A stretch of DNA of 63,556 bases, counting the filler. It is 4 parts of 4 records of this genome, joined end to end, with 100 filler letters (N's around TTAATTAATTAA, not from the genome) between each part and the next. Parts side by side here need not be neighbours in the genome. Positions count along the whole stretch, not along the records: positions 1 to 29,425 come from SRR22947725_2666; 3 more parts are not named here. One strand, written 5' to 3'. Made by a program: the position numbers and the translations under genes. This document shows positions 9,914 to 20,147 of the stretch, piece after piece; the stretch's first letter is position 1; every line of letters starts with the position of its first letter. The notes beneath the pieces are model-generated. The model saw nothing but the letters and a program-made list of their open reading frames with translations. It searched no databases and was not told where the DNA came from.

Positions 9914-10729
9914 ATGTCAAAAAAAATGATAGTTTCTGCAATAGCATTGGCGCTTTTAGCTACAAATGCATTCGCAGGTGGACACTGTGCTTCTGGTAAA
10001 ACGCTTGAGAAAGGTAAGTTCACTATTGCAACTGGTAACCCAGCCTATTTCCCATGGGTAATGGATGATGCGCCGGAAAGTGGGCAAGGATTTGAAGCTG
10101 CTGTTGGATATGCGGTTGCAAAAGAAATGGGTTTTGCAAAAGAAGATGTAGTTTGGGTAAGGTCTTCTTTTGATGAGGCTATTCAACCAGGTGTTAAAAA
10201 TTTCGACGTAAATATGCAGCAATATTCTATAACCGATGAGCGTGATCAAGTTGTTGATTTTTCTGTACCTTACTATACTGCACCAATGGCAGTTTTAGTT
10301 GGCGCTAGTGCAACAGGTACTGCAGCAACTATTGAGGCTTTGAAAAACTTAAAATGGGGAGCAGTTGGTTCAACAACAGCTGTTCAAAAAATTGCAAATA
10401 GTGTTAAACCAAATAATGCTCCATTACTTTATGCAGATAATGCCGATGTTAATGCTGCGATTACAGCAAATCAAATAGATGCAGCAATGTTTGATCTCCC
10501 AACTGCTCTATTTTTGAGTGCAGTGATGATAGAAGGATCAAAAGTAATAGGTCAATTTCCATCTTCAGAAAGTGATGATGCAGACCAGTTTGGTATGCTT
10601 ATGGAGGAAGGAAATCCTTTGAAATCATGTGTGGACACAGCACTAAACTCAATCACTAAAAGTGGCATTTTAGCATCTATTGAAGCACAGTGGTTACAGG
10701 ACACTACTGGTGTTCCATTAATTAAATAA
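9914..10729 (+). CDS. Polar amino acid ABC transporter substrate-binding protein
   Basis: Signal peptide and SBP family 3 motifs (GFEAAV, QYSITDER..VVDFS.PYY). Confidence 0.85.
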   Translation: MSKKMIVSAIALALLATNAFAGGHCASGKTLEKGKFTIATGNPAYFPWVMDDAPESGQGFEAAVGYAVAKEMGFAKEDVVWVRSSFDEAIQPGVKNFDVNMQQYSITDERDQVVDFSVPYYTAPMAVLVGASATGTAATIEALKNLKWGAVGSTTAVQKIANSVKPNNAPLLYADNADVNAAITANQIDAAMFDLPTALFLSAVMIEGSKVIGQFPSSESDDADQFGMLMEEGNPLKSCVDTALNSITKSGILASIEAQWLQDTTGVPLIK

Positions 10730-10730
10730 T

Positions 10731-11564
10731 ATGCCAAAGTACAAAGCGGCGGGAATGACCCGCCGCGAACTATATGAACATCAGCAACGACGAAGGTCGC
10801 TAATTATAGCTGGCATAAGTACAATTTGTGTTGTTGTTACTATAATTTTTCTAGTACCTTTGGCGCCTGGTTGGGAAAAAGTTCAAAAAAGTTTTTTTAA
10901 TGGAGCGGTTTTAACTAAAACATTTCCAAAATTATTAGATGCTTTTAGAGTCAATATAATGATTTTTGCATGGTCTGCTCCTGCAATTGCCATTTTGGGA
11001 TTAATGATTGCTCTTGCTAGAGATGCAAAATCACCTGCTTTATTTCCACTACGTATTTTTGGCGCTGCATTTACTGATATATTTCGAGGTGTCCCTGTTA
11101 TCTTAACTGTTTATTTGATTGGTTTTGGCATACCTGGATTGGGCCTTCCTAGGCCTTGGAATTCTCCATTTATATGGGGATCTTTAGCATTAATTTTAAC
11201 ATATTCAGCCTATGTTGCAGAAATTTTTCGCGCTGGTATTGATAGTGTACATCCAAGCCAAAGATCTGCGGCACTGTCATTAGGCCTTTCAGAAAGGCAA
11301 GTGATGAAAGACGTAATTTTGCCTCAAGCAATTCGAAATGTTGTCCCTTCGCAAATGAATATGTTAATTGCGCTCCAAAAAGATGTATCACTTTTAAGTT
11401 TTATTGGACCGGTTGAGATCTTTCGTCAGGCTGGAGTTTATAAATCTCTTTTTGCTAATTTTACACCTTATGTTGGTGCCGCAATTATTTTCTTAATAGT
11501 AACAATACCTGCCACCCGATACGCTGATTATTTGATGGCGCGTCAAATGCGGGAAAGACGATAA
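10731..11564 (+). CDS. Polar amino acid ABC transporter permease
   Basis: FRGVP, AYVAEIFRAGI, AALSLG and VILPQA motifs. Confidence 0.9.
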   Translation: MPKYKAAGMTRRELYEHQQRRRSLIIAGISTICVVVTIIFLVPLAPGWEKVQKSFFNGAVLTKTFPKLLDAFRVNIMIFAWSAPAIAILGLMIALARDAKSPALFPLRIFGAAFTDIFRGVPVILTVYLIGFGIPGLGLPRPWNSPFIWGSLALILTYSAYVAEIFRAGIDSVHPSQRSAALSLGLSERQVMKDVILPQAIRNVVPSQMNMLIALQKDVSLLSFIGPVEIFRQAGVYKSLFANFTPYVGAAIIFLIVTIPATRYADYLMARQMRERR

Positions 11565-12295
11565 TGTTAAAATTAGAATTACGTAATGTTGTCAAACGTT
11601 TTGGTGAAAACACAGTTTGCAATGGAATTAGCCTGGGTGTTGAGCAAGGGCAAATGGTATGTTTAATAGGTGCATCTGGCGCTGGTAAATCTACAGTACT
11701 GAGATGTATAAATTTACTTGAACCTATTGAAGATGGTGAGATATTTTTGGATGAAGAAGATATCTCAATACCAGGTTTAAATCCGCAAAATGTACGATCA
11801 AAAATTGGAATGGTATTTCAAAACTTTAACTTATTTCCTCATATGACTGCGTTTGAGAATGCTATTTTGGCTCCAAAACGAATTAGAGGATTATCAAAAA
11901 TAGAACTTAATGCTGAGATCGAAATGCTTTTTGAACGTTTTGAATTAACAGAAAGAATGCATAATTATCCTGATCAATTATCAGGTGGTCAACAACAAAG
12001 GGTGGCCATAGTTCGAGCCCTTGCAATGAAACCTGAAGTTATGTTGTTTGATGAAATTACATCAGCGCTAGACCCTCAGCTTGTAGGAGAGGTTTTGGAT
12101 GTTTTGTTACAATTAAAAGCTCAAGGAATGACCATGGTTCTAGCGACTCATGAGATGCAGTTTGCACGCCAAGCTGCAGATAAGATCTGCTTTCTCAAAG
12201 ATGGAAAAGTCGTAGAAGAGGGTACAGCAAAAGAAATTTTTAATACCCCCAAGCAAGCTGAAACAAAAGCATTTTTAGAACGTGCATTAAAATAA
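11564..12295 (+). CDS. Polar amino acid ABC transporter ATP-binding protein
   Basis: GASGAGKS, LSGGQQQR and FDEITSALDP motifs. Confidence 0.92.
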   Translation: MLKLELRNVVKRFGENTVCNGISLGVEQGQMVCLIGASGAGKSTVLRCINLLEPIEDGEIFLDEEDISIPGLNPQNVRSKIGMVFQNFNLFPHMTAFENAILAPKRIRGLSKIELNAEIEMLFERFELTERMHNYPDQLSGGQQQRVAIVRALAMKPEVMLFDEITSALDPQLVGEVLDVLLQLKAQGMTMVLATHEMQFARQAADKICFLKDGKVVEEGTAKEIFNTPKQAETKAFLERALK

Positions 12296-12320
12296 TTTAA
12301 AACTTAAAAGGAAATTTATA

Positions 12321-12647
12321 GTGGCACTTTTTAATAAATGGGAAAAAGCTTAGAATAATAAAGATGCCAAAGCATTCCTTGATTTACACCATCTTGAATT
12401 TGAATTTCTTTTTCATTCAAGTGGTAAAGTTATGAAGAGGGCAGATATGTCTGTAGATATGGTTGCTAGTATTATGGGAAATGAAATAATTCAGAATAGG
12501 CGATGCATCTTTGAAAATGATAAAATATTAGTTATTCACCAATTCAATAAATTTGTTAGTGGAGATAAAGAAGCCCTAATGATTACTATCTTAAAGAAAG
12601 ATGGCTTAATGTGGCGAATGGAAACTGGCGCTACATTAATTAATTAA
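12321..12647 (+). pseudogene. Second NTF2/SnoaL-like gene with an in-frame TAG at codon 11
   Basis: GTG at 12321 after AAGGA, TAG at 12351-12353, then the same frame stays open to 12647. Paralog of 8738-9070 (FHSSG, RCIFENDKILV, RMETGAT). Confidence 0.65.
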
Positions 12648-12664
12648 TTTTTATACTTAACAGA

Positions 12665-13522
12665 TTATCTGATATCACGGTGAATTGTTGAAACTGCATT
12701 AAACTTTCTTGATAGAATCTTAGATAATCTTTCTGTAATTGCAACAGATCTATGTTGGCCTCCAGTGCAACCAATTGTGATAGTCAGGGACGTTTTTCCT
12801 GTTAGGGAATGTAAAGGGATCCAGTGTTTCATTAAATTCGAAATGCTATCAACGGTTTCAACCGCCTCAGGTTGAGAAAATACATAATCTGATACTGCAT
12901 CATCAAGTCCAGTTTGTGATCGTAATTCAGTTTTGTAGTAAGGATTATCAAGAAAGCGAACATCAAACATATAATCAGCATCTAATGGTATGCCATTCTT
13001 ATACCCAAAGCTCATTATATTCAAAATGATTTCGGAGCTAACATCACGATTCAGTATTAACTTCCCTATGCGGTTACGGAGTTCTTGTGTCTTCATAGAT
13101 GATGTATCTAGTACATAATTTGCAGATGCTCTTATTTCTGAAAGCAGGATGCGTTCTTTAGAAATGCATTCAAGTAAACTGTCACTTTCATGTATTGGAT
13201 GTCGACGGCGTGTTTCAGAATAACGCCGTACTAAAACTCTGTCAGAGCAGTCTAGAAACAATATAGTGTTTTGTGTTTTGGCATTTTCTAATTCACCAAT
13301 TGTCGAAAGAAATTTATCAAAAAATTGATCACCTCTCACATCCAATGATACTGCCAAACCTTGTTCAGTAGTGCGAGAAGTGTTGGTTAATTGAGTAAGG
13401 TCATGCAATAATTCTAAAGGTAGATTATCAACACAAAAGAAATTGAGGTCCTCTAAAGCTTTCATAACTTCAGATTTACCTGCTCCAGATAAACCTGTGA
13501 CAAATAAAATTGACCTATTCAA
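12665..13522 (-). CDS. rapZ: RapZ/YvcJ-family P-loop protein (RNase adapter-like)
   Basis: TGLSGAGKS, CVDNLP, DVRG, RRYSETRRRHP, SFGYKNGIP, FDVRFL and GCTGGQHRSV motifs. Confidence 0.9.
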   Translation of the reverse strand: MNRSILFVTGLSGAGKSEVMKALEDLNFFCVDNLPLELLHDLTQLTNTSRTTEQGLAVSLDVRGDQFFDKFLSTIGELENAKTQNTILFLDCSDRVLVRRYSETRRRHPIHESDSLLECISKERILLSEIRASANYVLDTSSMKTQELRNRIGKLILNRDVSSEIILNIMSFGYKNGIPLDADYMFDVRFLDNPYYKTELRSQTGLDDAVSDYVFSQPEAVETVDSISNLMKHWIPLHSLTGKTSLTITIGCTGGQHRSVAITERLSKILSRKFNAVSTIHRDIR

Positions 13523-13538
13523 TTTCTTATCCTCTTGT

Positions 13539-14378
13539 TCATTTCACTCTTTCTATCAGAAAAGTTGGTGGTTCACACTTTTTCTGTTTAATCATACTTT
13601 TCAGTATGACTGCTTGATCACTATGTGCAAATTCTGCTGCGTGTATACCGGTTTGTACAAGTAATGTATCCCACCCTACTTTATGACCACCCAAAATATC
13701 ATGCTGTAAACTGTCTCCAACCATTAAAAGCCGGCCTACTTTAAGAGTATTCTCAAGGCTTAAAAAAATTTGTTTATGTGGCTTGCCATAGAAGGTTACC
13801 TCGCCTCCACATTTGCGGTAATAATGAGCTAATGTACCTGCTGCAGTTATTAATTTTCCACCTGGGCGTGGACTTAATAGATCAGGGTTTGAGCAATATA
13901 ATGGTATCTTTAATTTAAGTGCTTGCACTAAAGTTTCTTCCCAGTCTTCGAGGATATCACCGTCTGGTAAGCCCATTAATAAAATTGCTTGTGAAGAGTA
14001 AATTGAATCTTCAAATAAAATATTCAGACCCTTAGCCCAAGCCTTGGCATCTTTGGCATTGCGTTCAATTGGAAAAAAATATTTTTTATTAACTACACCA
14101 TTGGCTATATCTTGCCATAATGCCTCACCACTTGTGATAATAGATTTAAACAATGAGGTATCAAATCCCATGCTAGCAATTCGTTTTTCATTTGGTTCAC
14201 TGCGTTTTCCAGAATTCGAGATAACTGCTAACTTTAAATTATATTTTGAAAGGTTAAGAAGGCAATCTATGGCTCCTTCATATGGAGCATTTCCATCATG
14301 TAGAACTCCCCATTGATCAAAAACGATTGCATCGTAGTTAGATGCTATACTTGAAATACTTTTTATTATCTGTGTCAT
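13539..14378 (-). CDS. HAD-superfamily class IIA hydrolase (TIGR01459-like)
   Basis: FDQWGVLHDG motif I variant, plus SNSGKR, SNPD, GKP and GDSLQHD. Confidence 0.85.
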   Translation of the reverse strand: MTQIIKSISSIASNYDAIVFDQWGVLHDGNAPYEGAIDCLLNLSKYNLKLAVISNSGKRSEPNEKRIASMGFDTSLFKSIITSGEALWQDIANGVVNKKYFFPIERNAKDAKAWAKGLNILFEDSIYSSQAILLMGLPDGDILEDWEETLVQALKLKIPLYCSNPDLLSPRPGGKLITAAGTLAHYYRKCGGEVTFYGKPHKQIFLSLENTLKVGRLLMVGDSLQHDILGGHKVGWDTLLVQTGIHAAEFAHSDQAVILKSMIKQKKCEPPTFLIERVK

Positions 14379-14621
14379 ACTTAGACTGCGTATACCTATA
14401 ATATTTAAATTTTATGTAATTATTAAAATAAACGATTAACTGTATCGCTTATTTTGCTTAATTTATGAGTTCAAATAACTATTATATTTCACATAAACAT
14501 AACATTAATATAGTTTTCTATCAATAAAGAAAGAAAACGAACATTTTTTATTGAGTTATTGAGTTATTTAGTGTTCCATATTTATATATGTAATTTTAAT
14601 TAAAACTAGGGGGAGTTTAAT

Positions 14622-15875
14622 ATGAAGTTAACAAAACAATATCTTTTCAAAACACTAGCAAGGGCTGCTGCCGTTGCACTATTCTCTACATCTGCATCAT
14701 TTTCGATTGCTGATGAAATATCAGCAAAGCTTAATACTTGGTTGATGGAAAATTCTCTGGGCACTCATGCAACAGCTCAAGAGAATTGGGATCAAATTGT
14801 TGCTGCAGCGAAAGAAGAAGGCGAAGTATCTGTATATACAGCTTCTGGTCGTATTGCAAAGTTAGTTGATCATTTTGAAGCTCTTTATCCTGGTATAAAA
14901 CTTACAGTTTATGATCTAGGTTCAGTAAAAACGATTGAAAAAACTGTACGAGAGCAAGATGCAGGTATTTTTACAGCTGATGTAATAACTACAGGTAACT
15001 CTGGTCAGGTTATGTATGAACTTTTGGGAAAAAATCGCATTTTCAACTATGTGCCAGCGCATTATGTAGACCGAATTCCATCAGAAAACCGTGATCCATT
15101 ATTAATTCGCGTAAATGAGGCGATGGTATTTTTCTATAACACAGAAGTTCATCCCGATGGTGCGCCAATAAGCAATGTTTGGGAATTAACACAAGAAAAA
15201 TATCGTGGACGTGTAGGAATTAAAAATCCAATGTCTTCAGGATCTTCATTAATGGGTCTTGCAACATTAGTTCAAGAGCCAGAAGAAATGGCTGCTGCTT
15301 ATAAGCGATTAACTGGTGAAGATATTGTACTCAGCGATGGTGTACCAGATGCTGGATTCGAATTTGTGAAAAGAATGTTAGAAAATGATATAGTTATATA
15401 CAAATCTGGGTCCAAACTAGCCGATGCTGCGGGTAAAGCTGGGCAAGATGATGCATTGATTGCAATGGGAAATATGACTTATATTTCACGCAATGATTCC
15501 AAGGGAAATGTTAATGCAATCGTATCAGATCTAGATCCAGTCGCTCGACTCGTTTATCCTAATTTTATGTCAATTGGTGCACATGCTCCAAATCCAAATG
15601 CTGCTAAAGTATTGATTGCTTATTTATTAGGAAGTACTGACATAAATCTTGATACAAAACTTGATAAACCATACATCGAGGGTGCAAGTTTTGATTTACT
15701 TCAAGGTTTAGCTCCATATCATGATGCAGGATCAGTAAGTCCACGTAGTGACGTTCCATTACCACAAGGTGGTGAAATTTGGGATGAAATGAAGGGCTGG
15801 AACGTGTCTGCTAAATTTATGTGGGAACAAGGACCTAAATTGCGTGATTTTTGGATGATTTACTCAAGCCAATAA
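14622..15875 (+). CDS. ABC transporter substrate-binding protein (FbpA/AfuA-like)
   Basis: Signal peptide and GGGGAG RBS, with AAAKEEGEVSVY and APNPNAAK motifs. Confidence 0.75.
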   Translation: MKLTKQYLFKTLARAAAVALFSTSASFSIADEISAKLNTWLMENSLGTHATAQENWDQIVAAAKEEGEVSVYTASGRIAKLVDHFEALYPGIKLTVYDLGSVKTIEKTVREQDAGIFTADVITTGNSGQVMYELLGKNRIFNYVPAHYVDRIPSENRDPLLIRVNEAMVFFYNTEVHPDGAPISNVWELTQEKYRGRVGIKNPMSSGSSLMGLATLVQEPEEMAAAYKRLTGEDIVLSDGVPDAGFEFVKRMLENDIVIYKSGSKLADAAGKAGQDDALIAMGNMTYISRNDSKGNVNAIVSDLDPVARLVYPNFMSIGAHAPNPNAAKVLIAYLLGSTDINLDTKLDKPYIEGASFDLLQGLAPYHDAGSVSPRSDVPLPQGGEIWDEMKGWNVSAKFMWEQGPKLRDFWMIYSSQ

Positions 15876-15886
15876 AGGGCGCTTAT

Positions 15887-16978
15887 ATGGGACAAATACT
15901 TCTCAATGGGATCGTAAAGTCCTATGGAAAAGAGGTCGTGGTTAAAAACCTCGACCTCACAGTTGAAACTGGAGAATTTTTAACAATTCTTGGACCATCG
16001 GGTTGTGGTAAAACTACGACACTTAGAATGATAGCTGGTTTAGAAGAGCCAGATCAAGGGATGATAAAGTTAGATGATAAGGTGGTTTTTTCCCGAAACG
16101 ATGGTGTAGTTGTTCCACCAGAGGCTCGTCATCTTGGGTTGATATTTCAGAGTTATGCTTTGTGGCCGCACATGACAGTTGCAAAAAATATTACTTTAGC
16201 GCTGAAAGAGCAAAAGATATCAAAAAGTGAAATTGCAGACAGACTAAAGAACGCATTAGAAATGGTTCAGCTCACAGGTTATGCTGAACGCTATCCTTCT
16301 GAACTTTCAGGTGGACAACAACAAAGAGTTGCCGTTGCAAGATTGATCGCTTTAAGACCTAAAATTCTACTTATGGATGAGCCTCTTTCTAATTTGGATG
16401 CTAAATTACGAACGGAAATGCGTGCAAGTTTGAAACGTCTACATCGTGATCTTAACGCAACAACTGTTTATGTGACACACGACCAAATAGAAGCCCTAAC
16501 ATTGTCTGATCGAGTAATCATTATGAACGAAGGGCGGATCATGCAAGAAGGGTCACCATATGATATATATCATCACCCAGCTAATATTTTTGTGGCTGAG
16601 TTTATTGGCGATCCAGGCATAAATTTATTTGATGGCATAATAGATAATGGGATGATTAAGTGTGGCGAAATTCAAATTCCGTTACCTAATAATTTTACAA
16701 AAAATAAGGGGAGTTTAATTCTAGGCGTACGGCCAGAAAAAATTGAAGTATCCGAAACTAAAAAAAATGGGTGGCAAGAAGTCTCAACAGGAATAATTCA
16801 ACCCACAGGGGCTAATACTATAATAGAAGTAAAAGCTGGAGAAACCTCCATAACATTACTTCAAAATGGATTTATAACTCTACCTGAAAATTCAAAACTT
16901 TGGATTAATTTTGAGCTTGATACATTAAGTTTCTTTGATCCTGAAACGCGGGAAAATCTGCGTAATAATGTGGGTTAA
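15887..16978 (+). CDS. ABC transporter ATP-binding protein (FbpC/PotA/MalK type)
   Basis: GPSGCGKTT, FQSYALWPH, LSGGQQQR, DEPLSNLDAKLR and a TOBE-like tail. Confidence 0.9.
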   Translation: MGQILLNGIVKSYGKEVVVKNLDLTVETGEFLTILGPSGCGKTTTLRMIAGLEEPDQGMIKLDDKVVFSRNDGVVVPPEARHLGLIFQSYALWPHMTVAKNITLALKEQKISKSEIADRLKNALEMVQLTGYAERYPSELSGGQQQRVAVARLIALRPKILLMDEPLSNLDAKLRTEMRASLKRLHRDLNATTVYVTHDQIEALTLSDRVIIMNEGRIMQEGSPYDIYHHPANIFVAEFIGDPGINLFDGIIDNGMIKCGEIQIPLPNNFTKNKGSLILGVRPEKIEVSETKKNGWQEVSTGIIQPTGANTIIEVKAGETSITLLQNGFITLPENSKLWINFELDTLSFFDPETRENLRNNVG

Positions 16979-16982
16979 ATTT

Positions 16983-18821
16983 ATGCCAATTTCAGCAGAG
17001 AACAACAAACCTAGAATTTGGTCTATTCGTAATATTTTCTATCAATCATATAGACTAAAAAATAGGCCTGAACTAATCATTGGATTGTTAGCTCTTTGTT
17101 TTTTGAGCTTTGTTGTGTTGGTGCCTTTGTTGCAAATTATTAAAGATGCCTTAACATTTCAAAGTTATGATCTTGCTTATGAGCCAGATGGTGTGGTTGG
17201 TGAATTCACTCTATTCCATTTCGATCGAGTATTTAACCAGCCAATATCTGCTGCGCTTTTCTACAAGCCACTTTTAAACAGTTTAAAAATGGGTTTTGCT
17301 GTAACGGTAATCGCATTATCGGTTGGGTTTTGTTTGGCTTGGCTTATGGTAAGAACAAACGTGTATTTTAAGGGTATTTTTGGTGGAATGCTTGTAATAC
17401 CTTATATGATGCCGTCTTGGGTTATGGCAATTGCTTGGCTTAGTTTGTTCAAAAATGATCGTATAGGTGGCTCAGAAGGATTGCTGACATATTTAACTGG
17501 TGTCCAAGCTCCAGACTGGGTGGCATATGGGTTCTTTCCAATAGTGATAACTTTGGCATTACATTATTATGCATATGCTTATTTACTGATTTCTGGGGCC
17601 CTAGCTACTGTTGATAGTGAACTTGAAGAAGCTGGTGCAACTAGTGGTATGAATAAATGGAAGCGCATCCGTTTAATCACTATGCCGTTGCTAATGCCAG
17701 CAATTGGGTCTGCAATTGTTTTAACATTTATTAGAATTCTTGGCACATTTGGCACCCCTGCATTACTTGGTTTACCTGTTCGTTTTTTTACGTTTTCCAC
17801 ACAGATATATGCTTCAATAAATGCTAGAAACCAAGGTGATGCATTTGTATTAGCATTGGTTTTAATAGTTTTGGCTATATCATTTATTTGGATTAATAGT
17901 CGTATTATTGGTGTACGTAAGAGCTACGTAACAATGACTGGAAAAGGATTTAGAAAAAGTGAAAGTGACCTTGGCAAAATGCGTTGGCCAGTTACAGTAA
18001 TACTTATTTTATTTCTTTGTGTAACAGTTGCTTTACCTTTGATCTTGCTGCTCTGGGAGTCATTGACGCTTATCCCAGGAGATTATAGCTTATCAAATCT
18101 TACAACTTATTTCTGGAAAGGTCAGGGTGACGTAAGTCTTGCGTATGGTGAGCCAGGAATAATTCACAATAAGGGCATACTTGGTGCTTTGCTCAATTCA
18201 ATTAAACTAGGATTTGCTGCGGCTATATTTAATGGAATTCTTGGACTTTTAGTTGGTTACGCAGTTGTACGGGGTCGCGGCGATAGATTATCAAAATGGT
18301 TAGAATCGATTGCTTTTGCTCCGTATATATTTCCATCTATAGCTCTTGGTGCGATCTATATTGGTATGTTCTCAACAAGTATCGGGCCAATACCTGCTTT
18401 ATATGGAACCTTTACAATTTTGATTTTAATAACAGTTATTAAGAATTTACCATTTACATCGAGAACAGGAATTGCAGCAATTTTGCAAATTCACCAATCA
18501 CTAGAAGAGGCTGCGCGCGTTCAAGGAATCGGCTGGTTCAGGAGAATGCTTCGAATAATTATTCCACTCTCGATGAGTGGACTTGTAGCCGGTATGTTAT
18601 TAACTTTTATTACAGCCATGCGAGAGCTGTCTCTGATAATTTTATTAATTTCACCAGGCAATATGGTGCTAACAGGTTTAATATTTAGTTACCAAGAACA
18701 AGACATGGCGCAACACTCAAGTGCTGTAACATTAGCCCTTGTGCTAATTATTATCACAATCAGTGTAATTGTTAGAGTAATGTCAAGAAGTGCAGGTGTT
18801 GGTAGATTAAATGTAACTTAG
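16983..18821 (+). CDS. ABC transporter permease with two modules (FbpB/AfuB-like)
   Basis: Two EAA loops (LEEAGATSG, LEEAARVQG) and FGTPALLG. Confidence 0.85.
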   Translation: MPISAENNKPRIWSIRNIFYQSYRLKNRPELIIGLLALCFLSFVVLVPLLQIIKDALTFQSYDLAYEPDGVVGEFTLFHFDRVFNQPISAALFYKPLLNSLKMGFAVTVIALSVGFCLAWLMVRTNVYFKGIFGGMLVIPYMMPSWVMAIAWLSLFKNDRIGGSEGLLTYLTGVQAPDWVAYGFFPIVITLALHYYAYAYLLISGALATVDSELEEAGATSGMNKWKRIRLITMPLLMPAIGSAIVLTFIRILGTFGTPALLGLPVRFFTFSTQIYASINARNQGDAFVLALVLIVLAISFIWINSRIIGVRKSYVTMTGKGFRKSESDLGKMRWPVTVILILFLCVTVALPLILLLWESLTLIPGDYSLSNLTTYFWKGQGDVSLAYGEPGIIHNKGILGALLNSIKLGFAAAIFNGILGLLVGYAVVRGRGDRLSKWLESIAFAPYIFPSIALGAIYIGMFSTSIGPIPALYGTFTILILITVIKNLPFTSRTGIAAILQIHQSLEEAARVQGIGWFRRMLRIIIPLSMSGLVAGMLLTFITAMRELSLIILLISPGNMVLTGLIFSYQEQDMAQHSSAVTLALVLIIITISVIVRVMSRSAGVGRLNVT

Positions 18822-18854
18822 TTATTTTATAATTATTTAATATTTACAAAAGCA

Positions 18855-20147
18855 TCATATATTTGGTTTTAAGTCGCGACTTTTTACAAAATAGAAACTA
18901 GCTGCAGCTAAGAAACAAGTTATTCCAGCAAATAGGAATGATGGCACATAACTGCCAATAAAATCTCGGCTGACGCCTGCGGCCACTGTCATAAGTCCTG
19001 CAGCAACATGGTGTGAAGCAAATATCCAACCAAAAATTGCAGGTCCTATTTCTCTCCCAAATTTGCCTATGGTTAGTTTGACAGTAGGTGGAACAGTAGC
19101 AATAAAATCTAATCCATATATTACCGCAAAAATTGTTAAAGCAGCATAAGATGGATTTGAACTAACAAGCCAAACCAAACTTACGCCTCTGAAACCATAA
19201 TAAATTGTGAGTAACCACCGATTATCATAACGGTCTGATAGCCATCCAGATCCTGTCGTTCCAATAAGGTCAGCTACCCCTATTACTGCGAGTAGCCAAG
19301 CTGCAGCTGCAAATGGTACACCTAAGTCTCCACAGAATGGAACTATATGTGCTTGTGTTAGGCCAAAACTTGATATGCCACATATCATAAATGTGAGAGC
19401 TAAAATCCAAAACAATTTTGTTCTCATGCCAATGAAAAGTGCATTAAAAGATAAGATAATGAAATTTTCATTATAGGGCTCAGGTGCTAAGCCTACTTTT
19501 GTCTCACCAAGACGGGGAATGTTAATATGTTCAGGCCTATCCCAAGCAAAAAAATAAAATAATATTATACTAATAACTGAACCAATCGTTGGAATAGCCA
19601 TAGCTGCTCTCCAGCCATATAAATCACTTATTGTAGCTGCAAGGGGCATGAAAATTAACGTTCCAGTGGCTGTCGCGCCTGTCATCAAACCAATAACAAG
19701 ACCTTGCCTGTCTGAGAACCATCTTGAAGCAATTACAGAAGATAATTGCATAGCAGTCAAACCTGGACCTATACCAAGTAAAATACCCATACCTAACCAA
19801 AGATGCCATTTTTCAGTTGTGAGAATTGAGATAATTAAGCCAATAATTAATACAAAGCCTGACAACCCAACCATACGACGTGGGCCATATTTTAGCATCA
19901 AGCCTCCTGCAAATGGTGCTGAGAGACCAAAGAGTGCTAATCTTAAACCTGTAGGGGCTGCTATTTCTCCAATTGACCAGCCAAGATCCTTTGACATTGG
20001 AACGATTAAAACACTAGGAACTCCAACTGATGCTGTAGCAAATAGAGCAGAGAAAAATGCCAAAGCAACCATGATCCATCCGTAATGGATTTTATGCTTT
20101 GTACAGAAGATTAAAGCTGAGTTTCTTGTTCTCATACTTATATGCAT
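18855..20147 (-). CDS. MFS transporter (YbfB/OFA-like)
   Basis: HYGW N-terminus, RWFSDRQGL and GWLSDRY loops, about 12 TM. Its start overlaps the sbmA stop. Confidence 0.85.
   Translation of the reverse strand: MHISMRTRNSALIFCTKHKIHYGWIMVALAFFSALFATASVGVPSVLIVPMSKDLGWSIGEIAAPTGLRLALFGLSAPFAGGLMLKYGPRRMVGLSGFVLIIGLIISILTTEKWHLWLGMGILLGIGPGLTAMQLSSVIASRWFSDRQGLVIGLMTGATATGTLIFMPLAATISDLYGWRAAMAIPTIGSVISIILFYFFAWDRPEHINIPRLGETKVGLAPEPYNENFIILSFNALFIGMRTKLFWILALTFMICGISSFGLTQAHIVPFCGDLGVPFAAAAWLLAVIGVADLIGTTGSGWLSDRYDNRWLLTIYYGFRGVSLVWLVSSNPSYAALTIFAVIYGLDFIATVPPTVKLTIGKFGREIGPAIFGWIFASHHVAAGLMTVAAGVSRDFIGSYVPSFLFAGITCFLAAASFYFVKSRDLKPNI

Noticed and set aside
12351-12353. Pyrrolysine or programmed readthrough at the TAG
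   Set aside because: No pyl genes or supporting signal in the window, and other genes on this contig end in TAG. A nonsense mutation or sequencing error is simpler.
14548-14571. TTATTGAG-TTATTGAG-TTATTTAG direct repeats upstream of the SBP gene
   Set aside because: Short and AT-rich in an AT-rich spacer. They could be regulatory, but I cannot distinguish them from chance.
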